This document shows, piece after piece, positions 1-10,787 of a DNA stretch of 64,000 nt; the stretch's first letter is position 1, and every line of letters starts with the position of its first letter. Made by a program: the position numbers and the translations under genes. The stretch comes from a virus: positions 64,001 through 128,000 of IMG/VR virus record IMGVR_UViG_3300019124_000038; one strand, written 5' to 3'. The notes under the pieces were generated by a model, which ran no database searches, was not told where the DNA came from, and saw only the letters and a program-made list of their open reading frames with translations.

Positions 1-885
1 CGAAGAAATTATGTTTGCCCCTTTCCGCAAGCACTGGAGATCGCGTCTCAATTGGCAGGAATCCCAATTGACGAATCAACGTCTTCCTATAATAAGGAGA
101 TGCTTGACAAGCTCGACAACCAACGGTTCATCCGTCAAATGAATCGCATCCAGCAAGACGTAGAGCTTGACCCGATCAATGAAGACGAAATCGAAATATT
201 CAAAGCACACTTGCCAATGTGTGAGTATGCAGAGACTCGTAACTTCTCTGAAGATATCGTAGAGCTGTTTGAGTGGGGCTACTCTCATGATGGTGTAGAT
301 GAGCCTTGGGCATCTGGAAAACAGGATTTTGATGGTCGCCTGATCTTCCCTGTAAGAGATGACAACGGTGTGTTGGTAGGGTGGTCGGGTCGCCTTGCTA
401 CACAGGACAAGGTACGCATCAAGAAGTATGGCAAGTGGAGACACATGCTGGACTTCGAGAAGGGCTTTGTTCTATACAACTACGACAAGGCAAAAGAGTT
501 CGTCGAAGAGATGAAGGAACTGATCTTGGTAGAAGGGCCTTTCGACGTTCAAAGGCTATGGTCTTATGGCATTTACAATGTAGTAGCTGTCATGGGGGCA
601 TCGTTAACCCCTGAGCAGTTGTCAATCGCAATCTCATCTGCATTCAAAATCCACATCTGGCTAGATGGCGACGGCGCGGGGGAAAGCGGGTCAAACCGAA
701 TTGGTAAACAACTCTTGCCCTATGTCAACGTATACCAGATCAAAACAGAGAAAGACCCCGACGATCTCACGTTTGATGAAGCATGGGATGCACTCAGCAA
801 GGCAGAGAGGTTCATACCAAAGGAGGAGAAGCGAGATGCCAGAAGTACGACTGGAAATCGGCGCAACGGTTACAAGCCACGGTGA
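1..885 (+). CDS. dnaG: DNA primase (DnaG-type), 5'-truncated by window edge
   Basis: Frame open from base 1; GRLIFPV...GWSGR, TOPRIM motifs ILVEGPFD, WLDGDGAG, KDPDD. Confidence 0.9.
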   Translation, partial: RRNYVCPFPQALEIASQLAGIPIDESTSSYNKEMLDKLDNQRFIRQMNRIQQDVELDPINEDEIEIFKAHLPMCEYAETRNFSEDIVELFEWGYSHDGVDEPWASGKQDFDGRLIFPVRDDNGVLVGWSGRLATQDKVRIKKYGKWRHMLDFEKGFVLYNYDKAKEFVEEMKELILVEGPFDVQRLWSYGIYNVVAVMGASLTPEQLSIAISSAFKIHIWLDGDGAGESGSNRIGKQLLPYVNVYQIKTEKDPDDLTFDEAWDALSKAERFIPKEEKRDARSTTGNRRNGYKPR

Positions 886-997
886 ACGATGGGTTCTCTC
901 GTTTGAGACTATCGACGGCAAGTGGTTTGCCCGTAAGGAGAATCACCCCGCCATTACCACGACGCTTGACCCTGACGAGATTGAGGGTGAGGAGTAG
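836..997 (+). CDS. small hypothetical protein
   Basis: AAGGAGG RBS before ATG 836. Confidence 0.5.
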   Translation: MPEVRLEIGATVTSHGERWVLSFETIDGKWFARKENHPAITTTLDPDEIEGEE

Positions 998-1156
998 ATG
1001 TGGCAGGAGGAGTTGCTGAATATTGCGAGGGAGTTTAAACAAGTAGAGCTTCATCAATTTATGAGTCTTGATAAGCTCGATCAGTATCTTTCAGATAAGG
1101 CAAAACAGATCGAAGAAATCGTGCAACAAAACCGATAATCAAGGAGGTAGAGTAAA

Positions 1157-1591
1157 ATGTTCTACGCTAAGTACAAAGAAGAAATCATGGGTCTCATCAA
1201 GGATGCAATGAAGGAGCGAAACACAGTAGTTCTGAACACCTATCGCGGTTTGAAGAATGCCGTAGACACAGCGGCAAAAGAAAAGATGGCTGAACTCACT
1301 TCTGATGAGTTCGACGCAGTTGTGATGCGTGAAGTCAAAGCGTATCGAGATACATTGGATGCGGCGCAAAAACTGGAGAGATATGATATCATTGCTGACT
1401 GCACCTATTCTCTGGATATGCTGAAATACTTCATGCCAGATCAAGCAACGGAGGAGGAAATCCGTGCCTACCTCCAGCGTCTCACTGTAACAAATATAGG
1501 GCAAGCTATGTCAGCCATGAAGTTGAAATTCGATGGTCGCGCCGACATGAAAGTTGTTGCGTCTATTGTCAAGGAGCATCTTCAAAACTAG
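1157..1591 (+). CDS. GatB/YqeY domain protein
   Basis: IKDAMKER...R..K.A start and IGQAMSAMK.KFDGRADMK end typical of YqeY; AAGGAGG RBS. Confidence 0.85.
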   Translation: MFYAKYKEEIMGLIKDAMKERNTVVLNTYRGLKNAVDTAAKEKMAELTSDEFDAVVMREVKAYRDTLDAAQKLERYDIIADCTYSLDMLKYFMPDQATEEEIRAYLQRLTVTNIGQAMSAMKLKFDGRADMKVVASIVKEHLQN

Positions 1592-1597
1592 CATCCC

Positions 1598-1626
1598 TTG
1601 ACAAAGTTCTAGACTGATAGTATAAT
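1598..1626 (+). promoter_or_regulatory. sigma-A type promoter
   Basis: TTGACA-N17-TATAAT, perfect consensus. Confidence 0.9.
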
Positions 1627-1660
1627 ACATGTATAATATAATAGAGGAGAGATTACCACA

Positions 1661-1984
1661 ATGTCCCATTACCAACGCATGGAACTGAAAGGTGTGGCGC
1701 GTGACGCACACGAAAGTTTCCCGATTCGATTCGATTACTCTGATAAGAATACTGCATTCTTCATCGGTTGCAAGGTTGAGTCGAATATCGAGTACCCGAA
1801 CGGCGATACGTTCCCTCGCGACATGGAAATCCGCGCCTTCGGTGAAACCGCAGAATCCCTTGCCCATGTGCAAGCTGGTGATGAAATCACCGTAGCTGGT
1901 CGGTACGAGATGAAGAAAGTCGAGAAAGACGGCAAGACTCGCTACTACCCGATTGTTACGGTCGATACCGTGATCGAAGCCTAA
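1661..1984 (+). CDS. ssb: single-stranded DNA-binding protein (OB fold, no acidic tail)
   Basis: IRAFGETAE...GDEITVAGRY...KDGKTRY pattern of SSB. Confidence 0.75.
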   Translation: MSHYQRMELKGVARDAHESFPIRFDYSDKNTAFFIGCKVESNIEYPNGDTFPRDMEIRAFGETAESLAHVQAGDEITVAGRYEMKKVEKDGKTRYYPIVTVDTVIEA

Positions 1985-2263
1985 CAGTGATCTTGTAACA
2001 CTAAGGCTTTTCACGCGAAGCTAAATGGGGAAATGAGGCGAGTTTATGGAGAAAGAAATGTACATGCAGTACCGAGAAGAGAAGTGGGAGCAATTTTTCT
2101 CTGTGATGAGCAGACATTTCTCTTATAGTGTAGATGAGCAACTATTGCTGAAATTAGGCTTTATGAAAGGACTAGACACCGCAACAAAAGGTGGGCAATT
2201 TGTCAACCGATAGACTAAATGGAAGCTCAAAAAGGGCTTCCTCTCTAATTTCAAGGAGGAATC

Positions 2264-3052
2264 ATGGTGAATACAGTAGCAACTAATGTGGCCGATATCC
2301 TGAAACATCTAACCGTAGGCGAAGCACAGGCATTCGTGAACGCAAGCAACAAGATTGCTCAAGCGAATCGCTATAAAATGGATGAGATTATTGTCGTCGC
2401 TCCCACCGCAAAAGTGTTCGAAGATGAAGATGGCGTAACCAACGCGTACTACTTCCAAGGTATCAACGACTCTCTGGAACTGACTGCCCGTGTGCTGACA
2501 AATTTCGCAGATAATGTTACGTTCATGCGGCGGGGCACAGCAGAAGAAGACCCGAGTTTCAAACAGCTCATTCCATATACTCTTGTGACCAAGTACAACG
2601 AGAAGGCAGAGCCATCTGTCTTTGTCTATGAGCGTCTGTCTGCTGGTGGTGAAGCACGTCTGCACGGGAAGCTCTCTGTTGGTGTAGGTGGTCACATGAA
2701 TCAAATTTTCGATGCTTTCTCTGTTGATGGGACGATCTGCGAAGAAGCCAGACGTGAACTCTTCGAGGAGCTGAACTTCGTTGCAGAAGGCGGTGAGGAA
2801 CAACTATATGATGGTTGTGTTCTCAGCTTGATGGGTCTTATCAACGACGACAATGATCCCGTAGGCAAGGTTCATCTTGGTGTTCTGACTGAACTTGTCA
2901 TCGTAGATGAATCAATCAATGTCAGTGTCAGTGAAACAGATCAGCTTCGTGGCGGCTGGATGACGCTTGAAGAATTGCTGGAGCCAGCTAATTTTGAGCG
3001 TTTGGAATCTTGGTCAAAACTGGCTATGATGCTTCTTGTCAAGAGATCGTAG
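2264..3052 (+). CDS. NUDIX-family phosphoesterase (YmaB/COG4112-like)
   Basis: EEDPSFKQLIPY, GGEARLHGKLSVGVGGH, ARRELFEEL Nudix box, VGKVHLG. Confidence 0.85.
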   Translation: MVNTVATNVADILKHLTVGEAQAFVNASNKIAQANRYKMDEIIVVAPTAKVFEDEDGVTNAYYFQGINDSLELTARVLTNFADNVTFMRRGTAEEDPSFKQLIPYTLVTKYNEKAEPSVFVYERLSAGGEARLHGKLSVGVGGHMNQIFDAFSVDGTICEEARRELFEELNFVAEGGEEQLYDGCVLSLMGLINDDNDPVGKVHLGVLTELVIVDESINVSVSETDQLRGGWMTLEELLEPANFERLESWSKLAMMLLVKRS

Positions 3053-3066
3053 GAGAGTGACGGCAG

Positions 3067-3600
3067 ATGGCGAATCGTTCAGAGCGCGATATGGCGATCG
3101 ACAAGGTAGCACCCGAGTTCATCGAAAAACTGGTTGAGTGGATTGCGAACGAAAAAATGAATCTTGATGACTTCATTGCTAATCCACAGGGGCATGTGAT
3201 GTATAATCCATATATTGATGTGGACTTTGACATGCTGGCTATGCGAAGCGAGATGCTTAATCAAGTTATTGGTGGATTGCGCGTTATTATCGCTTTTAAA
3301 AATGGGAATCCCGATGTAACTCGCGCAATGCACGATCTTGCTCTGGACAGTATGCCATATCAAGTATTCGACCGACTCGTTGAATGGATTGATAGAATGC
3401 ACAGAAGTATGACAGGTAATGTCGATCTGCCATTGAAAGACTACGGAGAACTCATTTCTTTCAATCGTGAAAGGTATGAGGAAGACATGCGTAAGCATGT
3501 TGATGCGCTTGAAGGTCTGCGGATTGTGCAAGAGTTCGGGCGGGAGACACAGATGAGTGTTGCGGGCGCAGAAAATTTTGCGAAAGGAACTCTCTACTAA
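3067..3600 (+). CDS. hypothetical protein
   Basis: 177-aa ORF with RBS, operon-packed. Confidence 0.7.
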   Translation: MANRSERDMAIDKVAPEFIEKLVEWIANEKMNLDDFIANPQGHVMYNPYIDVDFDMLAMRSEMLNQVIGGLRVIIAFKNGNPDVTRAMHDLALDSMPYQVFDRLVEWIDRMHRSMTGNVDLPLKDYGELISFNRERYEEDMRKHVDALEGLRIVQEFGRETQMSVAGAENFAKGTLY

Positions 3601-3851
3601 TGGACAAAACAAAGCTGGTTGTCGGGTTGTTTTTAGCGGCTTCACTAGTTACTGCTGGATGTGCAACCAATACTGATTCTAGCGATGACTGTGAAGATAA
3701 AAACGAGCAGGTATGTGAACAGGATTCATCTTCATCTGGCTATGTTAAGCCTTCATCTTCTTCTGGTCATAAGTCTAGTATATCGTCTGGCCGATCTTCC
3801 TCTGGAGCGAAGGGCGGGGTCGGGCGTAGCTCGGGAGGAAGTAGCTCATAA
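3600..3851 (+). CDS. small lipoprotein with Ser/Gly-rich tail
   Basis: Signal peptide with lipobox VTAGC; S/G-rich C-terminus. Confidence 0.7.
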   Translation: MDKTKLVVGLFLAASLVTAGCATNTDSSDDCEDKNEQVCEQDSSSSGYVKPSSSSGHKSSISSGRSSSGAKGGVGRSSGGSSS

Positions 3852-3873
3852 GGAACAGGGCAAGGTTTATTCC

Positions 3874-3902
3874 TTGTCCTTTTTCTCGTTTCGTGATATA
3901 AT
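3874..3902 (+). promoter_or_regulatory. sigma-A type promoter for dnaE, -35 embedded in a terminator-like hairpin
   Basis: TTGTCC-N17-TATAAT with TG extension; hairpin AGGGCAAGG/CCTTGTCCT followed by T-run. Confidence 0.7.
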
Positions 3903-3989
3903 ATACTTATAATACAGGAGAGAAACCGCGTTGAACCTCCCAAGATGACTTGCCAAGTATCTCAATCCTACAGAAAGGGAAGTGAATAT

Positions 3990-6900
3990 ATGCGAGAGCC
4001 ATTCGCGGTATTGGACTCTGGAGTTTTCCGAGTCGTAAGTTACCGCAACCTCCATCTTCATACAGACGCTTCGCATCTTGACGGTCTGAACGATATCGAC
4101 AACCTCATAAAGCGTCTGAAAGAGATCGGTCATGATGTGTGCGCGATCACCGACCACGGCAATATGCACAATGCACTCAAATTCTACCAAGAGTGTATCA
4201 ACAATGGAATCAAGCCATTGCTCGGTTTCGAAGCCTACATGTTCCATGACCACACCCTGCGAAACATCGAGGACATTCGGGCTATCGTAGCAGAAGCAGA
4301 CGATGACTTCTTAGCAGTAGAGTCGCATCTTGTACTCTTGGCTAAAGACTTCACGGGTTATCAGAACCTCATGCGTCTGACTTCTATTGGCTACCGATAC
4401 GGCTTCTACAAACGCCCTCACATCGACTTCAACCTGTTGAAGCAGTACAGCGAAGGGGTCATCGTTATCAACGGTCACGTTGGTACGGATGTGGCGAAGG
4501 CGGCAGAGCGTCATTGCAATCCAGTGTCCGCTCTGGAGAAGTCCCTGAACGGCGAAATTGTTCGATTGAATCAAGAAAAGTATGTTAAGCAAGCGTGGAA
4601 GTTCTCTCCGAGACTATTCGACTTAGAAGGTCTGGACTTATTGGAAGAGAACGAGCGCATGTTTGCCATTAACATGCTATTTGAGAAGATCAAGAGCGAT
4701 GCCGTTATGGTCGAAAAATTGATCGCATGGGAAAAAGAAATGTACGCCAAGCGTGAGCTTGAACGGGTCTACGAACTCAATCGAAAGTATCTGGAGGTCT
4801 TTGGTGAGGACTACTACCTCGAAATCCAGAACCACGGATTGAATATTGAATACCAAGTATCGCCAATCATTTTACAGTCGGCGCGAGACTTGGGAATCAA
4901 AGTAGTCGCCACGAACGACTCCCACTACACTTGGCGTACTGACGCAGATGCTCACCGCGTTCACATTTCGAACGGCATCGGTAAGACTCTCGAAGAGTTC
5001 TATGCCGCTGACTTTGAAGGCTTCGCTACTTGCGACGAGTTCTATGTCAAGTCTGACGAAGAAATGTCCCAAGCACTTTGGGAGTACGGTGAAGAAGGTC
5101 TGCAAGCACTCGCAAACACTTGGGAGATTGTTAACAAGTGTAATGTCGAGATTCCAGCAATCGAGTTTGGCGGAGCGGAATATAGCGAAAAGAAAGGCAA
5201 GATGGTAGGGAATTGGAAGACAAAGGAGCACCTGTTCCCGCACTTCGAGATTCCAGCACCATATGCAGACGCTACCGCATACTTTAAGTACCTCTCACAG
5301 AAAGGCTTGGAGCAACGCATTCTTGATGGCGAATGTGATCTTGAAAACTTCGATCTGGCGCAATACCAGCAACGTCTCGACTACGAGATCGGAGTCATCG
5401 AGAACATGGGATTCCCGACATACTTCCTCATTCTGTGGGATGTAATCGACTTCTGTGCAAAGAACGATATCCCTGTTGGTAAAGGTCGCGGCTCTGGTGC
5501 TGGCTCACTGGTTGCCTACGCGCTCCGTATCACGGACGTAGACCCGCTCCCATACCAACTCCTGTTCGAACGATTCCTCAACCCAAGCCGTATCTCTCTG
5601 CCTGATATTGACACTGACTTCTGCTACGAACGAGTTGGCGAAGTCATTGACTATATCAAAGAGAAGTACGGAGAAGACCATGTTTGCATCATCGGTACTT
5701 TCGGTACGCTTGGATGTAAGGCGGTTCTCAAAGATGTCGCTCGGGTACTCGACTATCCGTTCGACAAGATCAATGCGATCACCCGCCAGATCACCGATCT
5801 TGATATTACAGTCAAGAAGGCAATTGAGAAGTACGATGCAATCCGTGACGTTGTAGCAAACGATACTGAACTCCAACGCATCGTGAACATTGCTATTCGT
5901 CTTGAAGGTCTACAACGGCATACTTCCCAACATGCGGCTGGTGTAATCATCTCTCCGTTCCCGATCACGGAATTGATGCCTGTCAAGGTTACGAAGGATG
6001 GTACGCTGGTCTCTCAGTATGATATGGGAGACTGCGAACTGCTCGGGTTCGTTAAATACGATTTCCTGAAACTTCGCACTCTGACCATCATCAAAGACAC
6101 CACTAATAGCATTGAGAGACTGACTGGCGAAGTCATTGATATTAACAAGATTCCGTTTAATGATCCGAAAGTCTTCGCTGAGTTTCAACGGGGCAATACG
6201 GTTGGTATCTTCCAGTTTGAATCAGACGGTATGCAACGACTTCTGCGCGGGATGAAGCCAAAAAGCATGGACGATCTTTCTGCGGCAAACGCTCTCTACC
6301 GTCCCGGCCCTTTGGACTTTAAGGTAGAAGACCCGAATGATCCGAACTTTGGCAAGACGATGGTAGAGGTATATGTTGACCGCGCTAATGGCACTGTGCC
6401 TGTTGTCTATGATCACCCTCTGCTAATGCAAGTGCAGGGTGAGACCTACGGGGTATTCGTATTCCAAGAACAGGTCATGAAAGCGTCAGTGGTGCTTGCA
6501 GGGTTCACACTCCCTGAGTCTGATGAATTGCGTAAGGTCGTAGGTAAGAAGCTGATGGAGAAGATGCCTGAGCAACGCGACAAGTTTATTGGTGGATGCC
6601 TGAACAACCCTGAGTTCATTAACGGATGCAAAGACATGGGGAAAGAAGCTGGAGAGGTTGCGCTGGTCATCTGGTTGCAGATCGAAACCTTCGGTCGGTA
6701 CGGTTTCAACCGCTCTCACTCAACTGCCTACGCGATTCTGGCATACCAGTCGATGTACCTGAAAGTCTACTACCCGACGCACTTCATGGCATCGGTTCTG
6801 ACCTCTTGGATGGGCAAGAAGATTGAGCAGATGGTTCCGTACCTGAATGAAGCACGAGCAATGGGAATTAGGATTCTGCCACCCGATGTGAACCAATCGA

Positions 6901-8006
6901 CCAATAAGTTTGAGGTATCGCGTGATGGTAATGGCATCCACTTCGGTCTTAAAGGTATCCAAGGCGTAGGCGATGCGGCGATCAAGAACATTCTTGATAT
7001 TCGCGAACGTCACAATATTCGCTCGATGGTAGACTTCCTGTTGCTGACCGACTCGTCTGTCAACAAGACGGTAGTAACAGCACTCATCAAGTGTGGCGCA
7101 TTTGACTCCCTTGGCTACAACCGCAAGACCTTGCTCACAGCGGCAGAAGACTTGCTGGCACTCCGCTCTAAGGCGAAGCAACGCATCTCGCAGAACAAGA
7201 AGCGCAAGAACCCTGAGACTGATATCAGTAAGTTCTTTGATCCTCTCTACGACTACGAGATCGTGAAGCATTATGAGTTCCCATTTGAAGAACTCTGCCA
7301 GATGGAACGAGAATTGACTGGATTCTACATGGCGCATCATCCTCTGGACGGTTTAGTTCCGTACATCCGTCACTATACTACACACTCGTCGGCTGAGATC
7401 AACGAAGGCGTGTTTGTAGGTTACGAAGAAGATGAAATGTCCAATGTGTATCAAGCTGAACTCGCCCCGCTAACAGACGACAGTGACACCCTGACTCCGA
7501 TCTACGAAAAACTCCCGAAAGGGCGCACGGTTATCTTCGGTGGCTTCATCAAGCAACGGAAGGAGATCACGATTGGTAAAGGGCGCAACAAAGGGAAGAC
7601 AATGCTGTCATTCATCGTAGAAGACGCATACCAAGGCGACGTTCGCTGTACGGCGTTCTTTGAAGAGTACGCCAAGTATAAACTGGCTCTCCAAGAAGGC
7701 AATGCGGTGCTCATTAAGGGTCACATCGACTACTATCATGACAAAGCACAAGTCAACATCAGTGATGTAGCTTCGGTTAACCGCGAGAAGGTACGGGTAT
7801 GGGAAGAGGAAGAAAAGCGCTATAGCAGTCAAAAAATTGACCGTGAAGAGATCGTTTGTGAACTGGAGAATCTGACTGAGGATATCCGTCTTTGCGAGGA
7901 GTGCATTCAACTCTTGGGAGATGATGCAGACCAACTCAGCGCAGTAACGGAGGAGTTAGTGACCATGTACGAACGCAAAGATCAACTGGAGGGGCTTCTG
8001 AAATGA
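3990..8006 (+). CDS. dnaE: DNA polymerase III alpha subunit (DnaE)
   Basis: PHP motifs HLHT, TDHG, ATNDSHY; GRGSGAGSLVAY; catalytic PDIDTDF; KYDFL; YGFNRSH; C-terminal OB fold. Confidence 0.97.
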   Translation: MREPFAVLDSGVFRVVSYRNLHLHTDASHLDGLNDIDNLIKRLKEIGHDVCAITDHGNMHNALKFYQECINNGIKPLLGFEAYMFHDHTLRNIEDIRAIVAEADDDFLAVESHLVLLAKDFTGYQNLMRLTSIGYRYGFYKRPHIDFNLLKQYSEGVIVINGHVGTDVAKAAERHCNPVSALEKSLNGEIVRLNQEKYVKQAWKFSPRLFDLEGLDLLEENERMFAINMLFEKIKSDAVMVEKLIAWEKEMYAKRELERVYELNRKYLEVFGEDYYLEIQNHGLNIEYQVSPIILQSARDLGIKVVATNDSHYTWRTDADAHRVHISNGIGKTLEEFYAADFEGFATCDEFYVKSDEEMSQALWEYGEEGLQALANTWEIVNKCNVEIPAIEFGGAEYSEKKGKMVGNWKTKEHLFPHFEIPAPYADATAYFKYLSQKGLEQRILDGECDLENFDLAQYQQRLDYEIGVIENMGFPTYFLILWDVIDFCAKNDIPVGKGRGSGAGSLVAYALRITDVDPLPYQLLFERFLNPSRISLPDIDTDFCYERVGEVIDYIKEKYGEDHVCIIGTFGTLGCKAVLKDVARVLDYPFDKINAITRQITDLDITVKKAIEKYDAIRDVVANDTELQRIVNIAIRLEGLQRHTSQHAAGVIISPFPITELMPVKVTKDGTLVSQYDMGDCELLGFVKYDFLKLRTLTIIKDTTNSIERLTGEVIDINKIPFNDPKVFAEFQRGNTVGIFQFESDGMQRLLRGMKPKSMDDLSAANALYRPGPLDFKVEDPNDPNFGKTMVEVYVDRANGTVPVVYDHPLLMQVQGETYGVFVFQEQVMKASVVLAGFTLPESDELRKVVGKKLMEKMPEQRDKFIGGCLNNPEFINGCKDMGKEAGEVALVIWLQIETFGRYGFNRSHSTAYAILAYQSMYLKVYYPTHFMASVLTSWMGKKIEQMVPYLNEARAMGIRILPPDVNQSTNKFEVSRDGNGIHFGLKGIQGVGDAAIKNILDIRERHNIRSMVDFLLLTDSSVNKTVVTALIKCGAFDSLGYNRKTLLTAAEDLLALRSKAKQRISQNKKRKNPETDISKFFDPLYDYEIVKHYEFPFEELCQMERELTGFYMAHHPLDGLVPYIRHYTTHSSAEINEGVFVGYEEDEMSNVYQAELAPLTDDSDTLTPIYEKLPKGRTVIFGGFIKQRKEITIGKGRNKGKTMLSFIVEDAYQGDVRCTAFFEEYAKYKLALQEGNAVLIKGHIDYYHDKAQVNISDVASVNREKVRVWEEEEKRYSSQKIDREEIVCELENLTEDIRLCEECIQLLGDDADQLSAVTEELVTMYERKDQLEGLLK

Positions 8007-8623
8007 AACCCTTCTCAAAAAAAGCCGTAGCAGAACTCGCACTCAGGGTGGCTAACGGAGAACAGGAAGCGTTTGTGGAGCTGGAGAGGGTAGCACAGCC
8101 TCTCCTTCGCTCTCTTTCTTCTCGGTTCTCTAGCTATCATCATAGATTCGAATACGATGATTTTTACATGATCGGAGCAATAGGACTTTACCTTGCTTGC
8201 TTATCTTATGATCCGATCAATCCCTCATTCCTTGACTATGCTAAAGTCGTGATGCTTCGAGAATACTGGCGCGAACTTGATTACCAAAATGCGGCGAAGA
8301 GAAGCGTATATGCTAATGATCTATCTTACGATCAAATGTTGGAGGATACTGGCGTAGAGCCGATAGAGGATGAGAGTGATTTGTTTGAGATTGCGCGTAT
8401 CAACGAAGTGCGAGAACACATTGAGTCAATCGTTGAACAGTGCTTCACCCAAGAAAAAGCAACCATCATGAAAATGTTCCTCTTTGACGAGATGCGCGTG
8501 ATTGACATTGCGACAGAATTGAACCTGAAGTATAAGAATGTTCATTCAACTGTCAAACGCGGTGTAGAGAAAATTCGAAAGGAATACTCTACTAGGTTCC
8601 TTGACGAAAAAATGGTGGTATAA
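8003..8623 (+). CDS. sigma-70 family RNA polymerase sigma factor (SigH-like)
   Basis: Region 2 YDDFY..G.IGLY.A..SYDP..SF.DYA; region 4 HTH IDIATELNL.YKNV. Confidence 0.85.
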   Translation: MKPFSKKAVAELALRVANGEQEAFVELERVAQPLLRSLSSRFSSYHHRFEYDDFYMIGAIGLYLACLSYDPINPSFLDYAKVVMLREYWRELDYQNAAKRSVYANDLSYDQMLEDTGVEPIEDESDLFEIARINEVREHIESIVEQCFTQEKATIMKMFLFDEMRVIDIATELNLKYKNVHSTVKRGVEKIRKEYSTRFLDEKMVV

Positions 8624-8629
8624 TATACT
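8601..8629 (+). promoter_or_regulatory. sigma-A type promoter
   Basis: TTGACG-N17-TATACT, overlapping a TGnTATAAT extended -10. Confidence 0.7.
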
Positions 8630-8655
8630 TGTAGTATAAGGTAGGTGAGACACAC

Positions 8656-9111
8656 TTGTTTGAAGTAATGCATACACGATCAGATGGAACCTCCTTGTGT
8701 TACGTCGATCACCCCGACTTTCTCAAATACTTGAAGGACAGATATGAGAAAGACAGCAAGGGAAAGGCGAACGGAATCAAGCTGTCTGTTACTCCGTACA
8801 TGAGAGCCAATAAGCGCGGTGTCATGCAAGAGATTGCATGGAATGTTGTTCTACCTCATGCGGACGTAAAAGGGCTAGAGAAGATTGCCAAGCAGGACAA
8901 GTACAAGAGTGAACGCGATCTGGAAAATGAACGCAAAGCGGCGGCTGAAAAGGTAGCGGCAAAAGCGGCAAAGAAATCTGAACGAGAAGCCGCACGTCTG
9001 GCGGCACGGGAAGCGGCAAAGGCAGAAAGAAAGCGTCTGAAGGAAGAACCGAAGCCGAAACGCACCCGCAAGAAAGCCGAACCAGCAGAACAACTCTCAC
9101 TCGATATTTGA
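8656..9111 (+). CDS. hypothetical protein with K/A/E-rich helical tail
   Basis: ORF after promoter and RBS; low-complexity basic C-terminus. Confidence 0.65.
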   Translation: MFEVMHTRSDGTSLCYVDHPDFLKYLKDRYEKDSKGKANGIKLSVTPYMRANKRGVMQEIAWNVVLPHADVKGLEKIAKQDKYKSERDLENERKAAAEKVAAKAAKKSEREAARLAAREAAKAERKRLKEEPKPKRTRKKAEPAEQLSLDI

Positions 9112-9656
9112 TGAAAAGGAGAGCGCGCCATTGTGGGCAAACAAGACATTGCTTTGGTATTCATAAGTATCGCCCTTTTTCTGGCGGCTTATGGTAGGGC
9201 AGGGAAATTTAGCCGTAAGGTAGGCTGGTGGATAATGGGTCTCTGCTTTATACTCGTAGTTGCGAGTAGCATCCTTGGTGATTTTTGACAGGAGGTAGCA
9301 ATAAATGAGACGCAAAGGAAGCACTGGCGGTCGCATTCGCAAGTCCTATCCTCATGATAAACCAATCCCGATGATGAAAAAACTTGGGTGGAGACAAGGC
9401 ACGGCTCGTAGCCCATATCGAAGACAGCGACTAGTCTGGCGGAAGACACTCAAAGACATGCACAAAACCAAACAGCGACAATACAACAAACGATTATGCA
9501 AGGAGGAAGGTTGATGGAAGACAATGGACAGATTCATTGTTGTGCTGAGTTTCCGTTTTGTGAGTGCTACGTTGATATAGAGATTGATGAAATGGAAATC
9601 CAACAGCTCTATACACAGCTACAAACAATGGTGATCGAAGGGGAGGATGAGGAATA

Positions 9657-9956
9657 ATGCCGAATGTCATATATGCATGGCATCGTAATGGCAAACTCGT
9701 GCAAGACAGATCGCGCCGCTTGTACTATACAGAGGGTATGGCTAAGGGGGCACTCAAAAATTCACATAAGGGTCGGCAAGAAAAGGAAGAAATTGAGATT
9801 GTCGAGTACATGCCAGTCAACGAAGCCCGCGAAGCAATCGCCGAGCTTGTTGCAATCTATGATCGCTTGCGGAACGGTAAATCAGAAATGTTCGATGAAG
9901 AGAATGTGGCTGAAATCTGTAGTCCATTCACTTTCAATATTAAAAGGGAGGAATAA
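9657..9956 (+). CDS. hypothetical protein
   Basis: RBS and ORF immediately upstream of thyA. Confidence 0.6.
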   Translation: MPNVIYAWHRNGKLVQDRSRRLYYTEGMAKGALKNSHKGRQEKEEIEIVEYMPVNEAREAIAELVAIYDRLRNGKSEMFDEENVAEICSPFTFNIKREE

Positions 9957-9959
9957 CAA

Positions 9960-10787
9960 TTGCACCAGTATCTTGACCTTTGCAAGCATGTACTAGAGAA
10001 CGGAACCTTCAAAGAAGATCGCACGGGCACAGGAACATACAGTGTTTTCGGCTATCAGATGCGATTTAACCTCGCAGAAGGCTTCCCTTTGGTGACGACG
10101 AAGAAAGTTCATCTGAAATCCATCATCTACGAACTGCTCTGGTTCCTTAGCGGCAACACTAATATCAAATATTTGACCGATAACGGAGTTCGCATTTGGA
10201 ACGAATGGGCAGATGAGAACGGCGATCTCGGTCCGGTCTATGGAGCGCAATGGAGATATTGGGTAAACCCTCATCAATCCTACACGCATCCTGACAAAGC
10301 TGTAACCTTCGGAACCATTGACCAGATATCTCGTGTTATCGAAGAGATTAAGCAAAACCCAGATTCCCGTCGCCTTGTGGTAAGTGCATGGAACGTCTCG
10401 GACCTCGACAAGATGGCGTTGCATCCGTGCCATGTACTATTCCAGTTCTATGTTCTCGATGGCAAGCTCTCTTGCCAGCTCTATCAGCGGTCAGGCGATA
10501 TCTTCCTCGGCATACCGTTTAATATTGCATCCTATGCGCTCCTCACAATGATGGTAGCGCAGGTATGCGATCTCGAACTCGGTGACTTCGTGCACACTCT
10601 CGGCGACGCACATATCTACAGCAACCATGTCGAGCAAGTGAAGCTCCAACTTACCCGTGAGCCATACCCGCTTCCGAAGATGCTGATTAACCCCGAGGTC
10701 AAAGATATCTTCGGCTTCAAGTACGAAGACTTCGAGCTTGTTGGCTACGAAGCGCACCCAAGCATCAAAGGAGAGGTCGCGGTATAG
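9960..10787 (+). CDS. thyA: thymidylate synthase
   Basis: [48 protein letters not shown]. Confidence 0.98.
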   Translation: MHQYLDLCKHVLENGTFKEDRTGTGTYSVFGYQMRFNLAEGFPLVTTKKVHLKSIIYELLWFLSGNTNIKYLTDNGVRIWNEWADENGDLGPVYGAQWRYWVNPHQSYTHPDKAVTFGTIDQISRVIEEIKQNPDSRRLVVSAWNVSDLDKMALHPCHVLFQFYVLDGKLSCQLYQRSGDIFLGIPFNIASYALLTMMVAQVCDLELGDFVHTLGDAHIYSNHVEQVKLQLTREPYPLPKMLINPEVKDIFGFKYEDFELVGYEAHPSIKGEVAV

